From Candidatus Zambryskibacteria bacterium RIFOXYD1_FULL_40_13 (GTDB lineage: Bacteria > Patescibacteriota > Minisyncoccia > Phycocordibacterales > DATDWN01): DNA of 64,000 nt. The notes beneath the pieces were generated by a model, which made no database searches, had not been told where the DNA came from, and saw only the letters and a program-made list of their open reading frames with translations. The DNA is taken from positions 5,034-69,033 of the forward strand of contig MHWY01000001.1 of assembly GCA_001824295.1 (NCBI GenBank), in the 5' to 3' direction. Below are positions 49,681 through 58,081 of the stretch, one piece after another. The first letter of the stretch is position 1; the number at the start of each line of letters is the position of its first letter. A program made the translations under genes and the position numbers.

Positions 49681-51786
49681 TTATATGTCGATGGTGGCTT
49701 TTGTAGCGTTCGACTGGATAAAACTCTTCCTCGCAGGCACATCCGTACCCATCAAAATATCAAACACCTTGTCTGCAGAAACTGTATCCTCTATAACAAC
49801 TTGTTTCAGAATTCTTCTTGCGGGGTCCATGGTTGTCTCCCACAGTTCTTCTGAGTTCATTTCTCCAAGACCTTTGTATCGCTGAATATGAAGCTTGGCT
49901 GTTTTGGGTTTATCTCCCCTTTTACCCTTCTTGTTTTCCTCATCTGTTTCCTCTTCCACCTCTTCTCCTTCTGGTTGTACCTCTTCAACCTCAGTTATTT
50001 CTTCGACTACCTCATTGCCAACAATCTTAGCCTTATCGTCATCTGAGTATGCGTAAAATATCTCTTTGCCTTTTTTGATTTTATAAAGTGGTGGTTGGGC
50101 AATATAAACGAACCCGCCGTCTATAAGTGGTCTGAAATATCTATAAAGCAGAGTCAAAATAAGCGTTCGTATGTGGGCTCCGTCCACGTCGGCATCTGTT
50201 GCTATGATTATTTTGTGATACCTTAGTTTCGCCACATCAAACGTATCCCCTATGGCAGTGCCGAGAGCGATAACTAAGTTTCTTATTTGTTCTGACTCAA
50301 GCAGTCTATCAAGTCTTGCTCTTTCAATATTCAAAATCTTACCTCTAAGTGGAAGTATGGCCTGTGTTCGTCTATCGCGTCCAGTCTTGGCCGTACCTCC
50401 AGCGGAATCTCCCTCCACAATAAACAGTTCTGAATCCTCTGCACTCTTACTCTGACAGTCAGCGAGTTTTCCAGGAAGAGTCATGCCCTCTAGTGCACCC
50501 TTACGGAGAACAGAATCTTTGGCGGCCTTTGCTGCCTTACGAGCCTTAAGTGCAATAACTACTTTGTTTATTATGGCCTTGGCATCGTCTGGATTTTCCT
50601 CAAGAAAATATGTGAAGGCTTCCGAGAAAACAGTATTCACAGAACCCTGAGCTTCGACAGAGCCAAGCTTAGCCTTTGTTTGGCCTTCAAACTGAATCTC
50701 ACGAAGTTTTACAGAAATAACGGCAGTTAGCCCCTCCAAAACGTCATCACCAGTAAAATTATCCTCGCTCTCTTTTATCAAGTTATTTTTTCTACCATAA
50801 GTATTTAGAGTTCTGGTCAAGGCCGTCTTAAACCCGGTGACATGAGTACCACCCTCTGGGTTATAAATGTTGTTTGCAAATGGTAAAAGTCGGCAAGAGA
50901 TATCATCTACATATTGCAAGGAGATTTCTACCGATTCGTACTCATTGGTTTTCTTTTCCACATAAAAAACATTTTTATGTATTGGTTTTTGGTCGCTGTT
51001 ATAAAACTTAACAAGAGACAAGAGACCTCCTTCAAAGTAAAAGGTCATAGACGGTATTTCTAGCCCTAACTCAGTTACATTGAAAACATCTTCTTCTTTT
51101 ATTTTACCTGTATAATTTCTCGCATCATTCACAACAATTCTAAGACCCTTAACCAAGTAAGCTTGCTGACGTAAGTGTTCAACAACTTTATCAAAATCAA
51201 ACTCAATGATTGGGAAAATGGCTTTGTCTGGTTCAAAAACCACAACAGTACCTTTTTCTTTTGTCGTTCCGATTTTTTTGACACTGGCTTTCTTTTTTCC
51301 CTGAGAATATTCCTGCATGTAAATACCTCCGTCTTTGTAAACGGTAACCTTACAATATACAGAAAGGGCGTTGACCACCGACGCACCAACTCCATGAAGT
51401 CCTCCCGAAACCTTGTAACCACCACCCTCACCACCAAATTTACCACCAGCATGCAGTGTGGTCATAATAGTCTCTAGAGCAGAGACTTTGGTTTGTTTAT
51501 GAATATCAACCGGAATACCGCGACCGTTATCTGTAACACGAATTCTGTTTCCAGGTAGTAAAGTAACCTCTATATGACTAGCAAAACCACCCATGGCTTC
51601 ATCACGAGAGTTATCAAAAATCTCCCAGATAAGATGGTGTAGACCATCTAATCCAGTTGTACCAATGTACATACCTGGGCGCTTTCTTACGGGTTCTAGA
51701 CCCTCAAGGATTTGGATTGCATCAGCTCCGTAACTATCCTTACCCTGAGCTTTGCCGGTGGGCTTTTTCTGTGTTGTTTTAACCAT
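49681..51786 (-). CDS. gyrB: DNA gyrase subunit B (type IIA topoisomerase B subunit)
   Basis: GHKL ATPase N-terminus, TOPRIM EGDSAGG motif, acidic C-terminal insertion. Confidence 0.85.
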   Translation of the reverse strand: MVKTTQKKPTGKAQGKDSYGADAIQILEGLEPVRKRPGMYIGTTGLDGLHHLIWEIFDNSRDEAMGGFASHIEVTLLPGNRIRVTDNGRGIPVDIHKQTKVSALETIMTTLHAGGKFGGEGGGYKVSGGLHGVGASVVNALSVYCKVTVYKDGGIYMQEYSQGKKKASVKKIGTTKEKGTVVVFEPDKAIFPIIEFDFDKVVEHLRQQAYLVKGLRIVVNDARNYTGKIKEEDVFNVTELGLEIPSMTFYFEGGLLSLVKFYNSDQKPIHKNVFYVEKKTNEYESVEISLQYVDDISCRLLPFANNIYNPEGGTHVTGFKTALTRTLNTYGRKNNLIKESEDNFTGDDVLEGLTAVISVKLREIQFEGQTKAKLGSVEAQGSVNTVFSEAFTYFLEENPDDAKAIINKVVIALKARKAAKAAKDSVLRKGALEGMTLPGKLADCQSKSAEDSELFIVEGDSAGGTAKTGRDRRTQAILPLRGKILNIERARLDRLLESEQIRNLVIALGTAIGDTFDVAKLRYHKIIIATDADVDGAHIRTLILTLLYRYFRPLIDGGFVYIAQPPLYKIKKGKEIFYAYSDDDKAKIVGNEVVEEITEVEEVQPEGEEVEEETDEENKKGKRGDKPKTAKLHIQRYKGLGEMNSEELWETTMDPARRILKQVVIEDTVSADKVFDILMGTDVPARKSFIQSNATKATIDI

Positions 51787-51890
51787 GATTTTCAGCTATT
51801 TATTTATGTTGTTTGGCTTATATTATAGCAAAAAGCCAAGCTAAAAGCTAGTGATTTTGAGTGGAAAAGATGGCTAACACATTGCCAGAT

Positions 51891-52451
51891 TTACCCCTTT
51901 TTCTCGAAATGTTGGTAATCAATTCTCCCACTTTCCGCTGTCCAATCCCCTCCCCAGTCCCAGCCGAGACTCTTCATGAGAACAACCAGTGGGTGGTCAG
52001 AAGTTAGTGTGCCTAGAATAGTTTGGTCGTAAACACCATCTACAGGTGCTTTAAAAATTTCCTTCAAATTTTCATCGAATCTCACATAAAGATTTTGCAC
52101 TGGGTTTATGTCAAAGGCCATACCGGTTGAGTGTTTTGATAATCTGTTTGTTCCTGCCACAAGTCTATAATTAAACCCGGAAGAATTATTATCCGCACAG
52201 GAAACATCATCATCCCATTTATATTTTTGGTCACCAATAGGTATTACCTTTTCAATTGGAAATTTTATGTGAAGTGCCAGCTTGAAAAAGCTCCTGACAT
52301 CCTCGGCTACAATTTTATTGACAACAATCTGCCCGGAGTGAATCTGACCGTCAAAACCAAAGTAATCTACAGAAAGAACTACCTGGGAATCTAAAACATT
52401 CTGTGGCGCCTGGCTATTTGGGTTTTGCATCAATATCTCCTTTTCTTCCAT
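51891..52451 (-). CDS. peptidase M15-like (VanY/D-Ala-D-Ala carboxypeptidase fold) protein
   Basis: SKHSTGMAFDI matches S-x-H-x2-G-x-A-x-D motif. Confidence 0.5.
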   Translation of the reverse strand: MEEKEILMQNPNSQAPQNVLDSQVVLSVDYFGFDGQIHSGQIVVNKIVAEDVRSFFKLALHIKFPIEKVIPIGDQKYKWDDDVSCADNNSSGFNYRLVAGTNRLSKHSTGMAFDINPVQNLYVRFDENLKEIFKAPVDGVYDQTILGTLTSDHPLVVLMKSLGWDWGGDWTAESGRIDYQHFEKKG

Positions 52452-52714
52452 ATAATTTAATTATACACAATACACTGGTTTGACAAGACCCGATAAATAA
52501 AATACAGTTCATAGTATGAATCCGCAAAAACCGATCGCTTCGAAAAACATTGGTGCAGTTCACTTTTTTTGGACTCTGTTTCCAGAGCCTATTTTTGCGT
52601 TTATGAAATAACTATCTAACACATCATAAACATAAAAATGGACTCTGGAAACGGAGTCCATTTTTTGTTACCACAGTTCTTTCACATCAACCAACAACAA
52701 ACAAGGAGACCACA

Positions 52715-53830
52715 ATGTTCAAAGTGAACCCGGCAAGCGTCAACGACCTCCTGCACCTCGTGGCAACGGGCGCTCCCGTGACCATGACCTCCCATCCTGG
52801 GAACGCATCACTCTACAAACTCTCCCTGTGGGCTTGTGGAATACCTGAGCACCTCTGGGATATCACCTGCTGTAAAGCAGACGCCAACAATTGGCCGATG
52901 TTCCGGCTGGTCGAGGGGCGTGCTGAACTCCTGATTGACGAAGGGTTGTATCAGAGAATCATGACTGAGACAAACCCAAGCAAAAGGTTCGTCACCGCCT
53001 ATCAAGAAACCACAAGCGGAGAACGCCTTGGACGCACCCATGTCAGAGCTTGTGAGGCTTGTTTTCCGAAAGCAATCTCGTCGTGCTCGCGCCTCATCCT
53101 TTCGGAAAGCAACAAAGCCAAGGAGATGTTTTTGTACTTGGCCGAAACCAAGAGGGACGAGGTATTCACACGCAGAATCGACCACGAGGGCGTGATGACG
53201 CCGGTCTGCTCGCACGGCCAGAGCTCGGTTGAGGTTGTCGAGTCATTTTTTAATGTTCTCGGCGAACTGGACCACCTGCTCTTCAGTGACGAGCAAATCA
53301 CCACATTGGGTGGAATCTGCTACGACGGCGTGATGGTTCCCCTCGCCACCATGCTCTGCCAGTATTGGCAGATGGGTCGAATCGACCGCTACGACATCTC
53401 TGGCCCCGACATGATTCACTACGCATCACAAAACGGGTTTCAGGGTGATATGTCACGCATGCTCGCCCATCTTCGGAAATGGAATCCGAAACTTGTTCCT
53501 CCCACCATTGTTACCCGGATGTTTCCCGGAACTGTGGCGAGAATCGGGCACATAAGGAATCATGTTTCCGAGGAAGTCATGACGAGAAAGGTACAAGCCC
53601 TTAGAAGTCCTCCAGCCGGGGAGTGGAAGAAGAGGCTCTGGGAAGTGGCCAAGGAAGATGAGGCCAGCTGGCCAATACAGGTCAAGCCAGCGCAGGACCA
53701 CTACTTCTCCCAACACGACTTGCTGGCCCTCGGGAAGGAGCTTTTGGTTGATGAGTACTGGAGAGAGATTCCGCTTGAGAATATGCGTGAAACTCTCGCC
53801 AGAGCCAACTCCCTACTTCGCTTGAGGTAG
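52715..53830 (+). CDS. hypothetical 371-aa protein (GC-rich island 11)
   Basis: AAGGAG SD 7 nt before ATG; terminator aaccccac...gtggggtt + T at 53843-53880; no confident domain. Confidence 0.5.
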   Translation: MFKVNPASVNDLLHLVATGAPVTMTSHPGNASLYKLSLWACGIPEHLWDITCCKADANNWPMFRLVEGRAELLIDEGLYQRIMTETNPSKRFVTAYQETTSGERLGRTHVRACEACFPKAISSCSRLILSESNKAKEMFLYLAETKRDEVFTRRIDHEGVMTPVCSHGQSSVEVVESFFNVLGELDHLLFSDEQITTLGGICYDGVMVPLATMLCQYWQMGRIDRYDISGPDMIHYASQNGFQGDMSRMLAHLRKWNPKLVPPTIVTRMFPGTVARIGHIRNHVSEEVMTRKVQALRSPPAGEWKKRLWEVAKEDEASWPIQVKPAQDHYFSQHDLLALGKELLVDEYWREIPLENMRETLARANSLLRLR

Positions 53831-54069
53831 TGCGGGCATGGCTTAACCCCACTGACTGAACATCGGTGGGGTTATTTTGTATATGTGTGGATGTTTATGT
53901 TATACTCTACTTATGTGCAAAAGCTTACAGCAAAACATAGCGTTCTTCTTTTTTGGCTATTTTCTCGAAGGCTGATGCTTGCGCTGTAGAAATCTCCAAA
54001 ATACAACCCAAACACCAGCCTTCGAGGCTGGTGTTTACTTTTTATCAAATTTTAACTAGACTAAACAAC

Positions 54070-55266
54070 ATGACAAATGAACAAAACAAGACCCAAGAAG
54101 AGTTGTATGGGGATGCCTCCCTCTCCCGAAAAATATATGAAACCCCCTCAGAGAAAGAAGAAAAGCTCTTAGAAGAGTTAAACCATAGAACAGATACCGA
54201 AAGTTCAAGAATGAAGCAATACTTGGCAATGAAAGACCTTTCTAGAACCCCAGAAAGTCCGCTTTTTGAAATGATAGAGCGGGTAACAAACATCCCGATT
54301 CTGAAAAACTTTGACCTAATAAAAGTGCCAGAAATAGTAACTGCAGAGGTTACATTTGACCTGTTCAATTTCCCTTTAAATCACCCAGCAAGAAGTAAGT
54401 CGGACACATACTATCTCAACGAAAATTATATTTTGAGGACACATTGTACAGTAATGTGGTACTACTACCTCGCCCTAAAAGAGGTCAGGGAGCAGTTAAA
54501 AAATGGCCAGGCTATAGGTGTTCTGTCTCACGGCAAGGTGTACAGAAAGGACGAGATAGACAGAAACCACATGAACATCTTCCACCAAATTGATGGGCTA
54601 TATTTGTGTAAGACAAATAAACACGTCATTACCCAGGAAGACCTAAAAGATGTCTTGTCTGGAATAGCAAAATCAGTCTTCGGCGAAAATGTTAAGTACA
54701 GATTCAACGATGACACATTCCCCTACACCAACCAAAGTATCGAGATGGAAATAGACAAGGATGGCAACTGGATAGAAGTTTTAGGAGCAGGGGTTGTGCA
54801 ACCAGCAGTTTTGGAAAAGCTTGGCGTTGATTCAAAAGAGTACAATGGCTGGGCATTCGGCTTCGGTCTTGAAAGGCTTGCTATTATAAGCATGGAACTC
54901 CCCGATATTCGCCTACTTTGGTCAGAAGACCCAAGGGTTACAAAGCAGTTAAAACTTGGCAACAAATTTGTAGAAGTAAGCAAGTATCCACCAATAGTCC
55001 GAGATATCTCGTTCGTTGTAAAAAACGACTTTGTGCCAAATGATTACTTTGACCTGGTCAGAGAAACAGCTCCAAATTTGGTAGAGGAGGTACACCTTCT
55101 TGATAAATATGAGAATGCTGAAAAGTTTGGAGAGAACATGGTCAGTTATGCGTTCCGAATCACCTATCGTTCAACCGAGAGAACCCTGACTTCGGAAGAA
55201 ATTGATGCAGTACACAAAAAGCTAGAAAAGGTCACATCAGAGCTATTTAGTGCTACGGTTCGTTAA
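54070..55266 (+). CDS. pheS: phenylalanyl-tRNA synthetase alpha-type catalytic subunit with C-terminal FDX-ACB domain (monomeric, mitochondrial-like architecture)
   Basis: FPYTNQSIEMEI and GWAFGFGLERLAI class II motifs; C-terminal SKYPPIVRDISFVV...RITYRS FDX-ACB-like domain; start taken at ATG 54070 after a terminator-like hairpin. Confidence 0.75.
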   Translation: MTNEQNKTQEELYGDASLSRKIYETPSEKEEKLLEELNHRTDTESSRMKQYLAMKDLSRTPESPLFEMIERVTNIPILKNFDLIKVPEIVTAEVTFDLFNFPLNHPARSKSDTYYLNENYILRTHCTVMWYYYLALKEVREQLKNGQAIGVLSHGKVYRKDEIDRNHMNIFHQIDGLYLCKTNKHVITQEDLKDVLSGIAKSVFGENVKYRFNDDTFPYTNQSIEMEIDKDGNWIEVLGAGVVQPAVLEKLGVDSKEYNGWAFGFGLERLAIISMELPDIRLLWSEDPRVTKQLKLGNKFVEVSKYPPIVRDISFVVKNDFVPNDYFDLVRETAPNLVEEVHLLDKYENAEKFGENMVSYAFRITYRSTERTLTSEEIDAVHKKLEKVTSELFSATVR

Positions 55267-55274
55267 CGAAACAC

Positions 55275-56522
55275 ATGTACGAGGCTACAAATACAATTAC
55301 ATATATACTTCTTTTTATTTCTCTGTATTTTGAGGTCTTTATTCTTATTACATATTTTGAAAATCGCCTAGAAATAAAGAAGGAGGAAAATTATGTATCA
55401 CTTGGACTAAAAAAATATCCAACAGTCACGATAATAGTTCCATGTTGGAATGAAGAACTCACCGTTTCCAAAACCGTTCACTCACTTCTCGCCCTAGATT
55501 ATCCAAAAAACAAATTAAAAATAATGGTTATAGATGACGGCTCCACCGATAAAACCTGGGAGAAAATTCAGAAGTTCAAAAACAATCCACAGGTAGAAAT
55601 ACATACCAAAGCAAACGGGGGCAAATATACCGCCCTTAATTTTGGAATCTCAAAATTAAATAGCGACTTAGTTGGGTGCCTAGATGCGGATTCATATGTT
55701 CACAAAGATGCACTAAAGAATATCGCTACCTATTTCCAAGATAAGGAAACAATGGCTGTAGCCCCATCTGTCGGTCTGTGGCAACCAAAGGGTCCACTTC
55801 AACTTCTTCAAAAAGTAGATTATGCGTTCGGAATATTCAACAGAAAAATGTTTCATTTTTTACAAGCTGTTTATATTACTCCTGGGCCATTTTCTATATT
55901 CAGACTTAGTGTATTCAAAAAACTGGGGGGATACAGACACGCACACAACACCGAAGATATTGAAATTGCTCTAAGGATGCAAAAAAATGGCTACAAGATT
56001 GTTCACGCACATAACGCTATGGTATATACAGTTGCTCCAAATAGTCTCAGAAAACTACTAAAACAAAGAACAAGGTGGGTATACGGTTTTATCAAAAATG
56101 CAGGTGACTATAGACATATGTTCTTTAAGCGAGAGTACGGAAACTTGGGTGTATTTATATTACCAATGGCTGCGATTTCCATTATCTCTATTCTAACTAT
56201 TGCAAGTATTTCTATCTTTGGAATTCTTAACTCTCTTGTAAACAAATACCTAGAAATTCAAACAGTTGGATTAAGTTTTCATTGGCCATTTAGCAGATTT
56301 GAGTGGTTTTATGTAAATACAGAAATCATGTCAATTATCGCCATAGTAGCTGCCACAGGTACAATAACAATGATAGTGGTATCAAAAAGAATGGCAGAAG
56401 GAAAGTTTAATTTTGGAATGGACTTGATATATTTTCTAACATTGTATATGTTTATAGCGCCCCTATGGATTGGTAAGGCAGTCTACAATGTGATATTTAG
56501 TGTTAAGGCCTCTTGGAGATAA
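55275..56522 (+). CDS. family 2 glycosyltransferase with C-terminal TM region
   Basis: VTIIVPCWNEE...KIMVIDDGSTDKT GT-A DXD-type motifs, multiple C-terminal TM helices. Confidence 0.7.
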   Translation: MYEATNTITYILLFISLYFEVFILITYFENRLEIKKEENYVSLGLKKYPTVTIIVPCWNEELTVSKTVHSLLALDYPKNKLKIMVIDDGSTDKTWEKIQKFKNNPQVEIHTKANGGKYTALNFGISKLNSDLVGCLDADSYVHKDALKNIATYFQDKETMAVAPSVGLWQPKGPLQLLQKVDYAFGIFNRKMFHFLQAVYITPGPFSIFRLSVFKKLGGYRHAHNTEDIEIALRMQKNGYKIVHAHNAMVYTVAPNSLRKLLKQRTRWVYGFIKNAGDYRHMFFKREYGNLGVFILPMAAISIISILTIASISIFGILNSLVNKYLEIQTVGLSFHWPFSRFEWFYVNTEIMSIIAIVAATGTITMIVVSKRMAEGKFNFGMDLIYFLTLYMFIAPLWIGKAVYNVIFSVKASWR

Positions 56523-56525
56523 AAT

Positions 56526-57230
56526 ATGGAACCAAAAAAAATAAATTCAAAAAAATATCTGTTCTCATTTATTATTACGGCAATCATATTTGCTACTGCG
56601 ATTTACCTTAGCAATTATTTTAGTCAGAAAAAACTTGATGAGATTAGAAACATTCAAGACAAAATATCAATTGATATCCTTTCATCAGAAACTCAATTTT
56701 CTTTGCTTGAGGAATCTCTTTGTAAAGACCTTGGAACTGAAACCCTATCCTCCGAGCTTGGTGAACTTGAAAACAAGCTAGCTTACACAGAAAACATGCG
56801 TGGTGTAAATGACCCAGAAGTTACAACTCTGAAGAGATACTATTCCCTCTTAGAAATAAAGGATTACCTATTAATGAACAAGATAAGTGAGAAATGTAAC
56901 AAAACCCCACTTTCAATAATATATTTTTATTCGACAAATAATGACTGTCTAGACTGCGAAAAGGAAGGTTATGTACTGACAAAACTTAGAGAAACATACC
57001 CTGACCTACGAATATACTCTTTTGACTACAACCTAGACCTATCTGCCGTCAGAACTCTTATATCTATAAATAAAACAAGGAATGAGCTTCCTGCGCTCAT
57101 TATAAAAGATAAGACATATTATGGATTTCAAAGTATAGAAGATTTAGAGAAAAACGTTCCCGAGCTCCGTTTGCTTAGGAATACAAAGACCGCAACGAGT
57201 ACAACAGCTACAAGCACGAAGAAGAATTAA
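56526..57230 (+). CDS. membrane-anchored hypothetical protein with CxxC motif (possible thioredoxin-like)
   Basis: N-terminal TM anchor; NDCLDCEKEG motif; Thr/Ser-rich tail. Confidence 0.45.
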   Translation: MEPKKINSKKYLFSFIITAIIFATAIYLSNYFSQKKLDEIRNIQDKISIDILSSETQFSLLEESLCKDLGTETLSSELGELENKLAYTENMRGVNDPEVTTLKRYYSLLEIKDYLLMNKISEKCNKTPLSIIYFYSTNNDCLDCEKEGYVLTKLRETYPDLRIYSFDYNLDLSAVRTLISINKTRNELPALIIKDKTYYGFQSIEDLEKNVPELRLLRNTKTATSTTATSTKKN

Positions 57231-57649
57231 TAATTTTTAATGTATTTATTCACCCTCCATCTTCTACCATTGCCCCTGTTTAAATTTTTATAGAAAGGAG
57301 TAAGAGCGTGACAGTTTGGACACAATAACCTCAGATTATCTTCTCTATTATTTTCTGAATTTCCATCCACATGTTCTATTTCTAAAGGGACCACCCCTGT
57401 AATAGGATGTTTTTTCGTCCAACCACAAACAGAACATTTGTTATTAAATTTTTCTAACAGATACTGCCTTAAATGCACAGAAATGTTTCTTGACGTTATT
57501 CCTATATTTCCTTGTATTTGTCCTTTTTTCCAAGATTCAACCCAGTGTCTGTGCTGGTATTCCATCTGGCAAGAATTGGAGCAAAACTTTATTTTGTGTC
57601 TGATTTTCAATTCTAAATTACAACCAATACAAAACCTTACTTTTTCCAT
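57227..57649 (-). CDS. HNH endonuclease
   Basis: CSVCGW...EIEHVDGNSENNREDNLRLLCPNCH HNH motif with zinc-binding Cys pairs. Confidence 0.7.
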   Translation of the reverse strand: MEKVRFCIGCNLELKIRHKIKFCSNSCQMEYQHRHWVESWKKGQIQGNIGITSRNISVHLRQYLLEKFNNKCSVCGWTKKHPITGVVPLEIEHVDGNSENNREDNLRLLCPNCHALTPFYKNLNRGNGRRWRVNKYIKNY

Positions 57650-57835
57650 ATCTTAATAGTATACCACAAGCCACTAGTCCACAGTGGTACAAGATACAAA
57701 AACAACCCCTTGTAAGAGATTGTTTTCTTGAGTGTTTATATGATTCCGCTCGAACTTACTTTATCAAAAATTCGTGAGTAATGAAATGTTTGCAATCTCG
57801 GCAAATGAATTCCGTCACGGCTCGCTTCGAGCTAC

Positions 57836-58027
57836 GCCCAACCCTGTTTTTGATTCTTAGTTTTTTTGGCGGGACATTTCTTTGAATTCACATTCCTATT
57901 GGTATCAAACAGGGTTGGGCTCCACTCTTTCGCTCTCCGTCCGCCCTCGCCTCGCCACCGTATTCATTCTAGATTTTTTGGCGCGGATTTCTTTTGATTT
58001 GTATGGCGGTGGTGGGGCTCGGGGCGG
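57836..58027 (+). other. tandem pair of hairpin modules with conserved loop and different stems, upstream of vWA gene
   Basis: unit 1 stem gcccaaccctgtttttgat / atcaaacagggttgggc; unit 2 stem ccgccctcgcctcgccaccg / cggtggtggggctcggggcgg; loops share ttct(t)agattttttggcg(g)gacatttctttgaatt. Confidence 0.45.
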
Positions 58028-58081
58028 GTAATTTTACGCTAAATTATGACATTGTAATATGTTTTAATAATACGATATACT

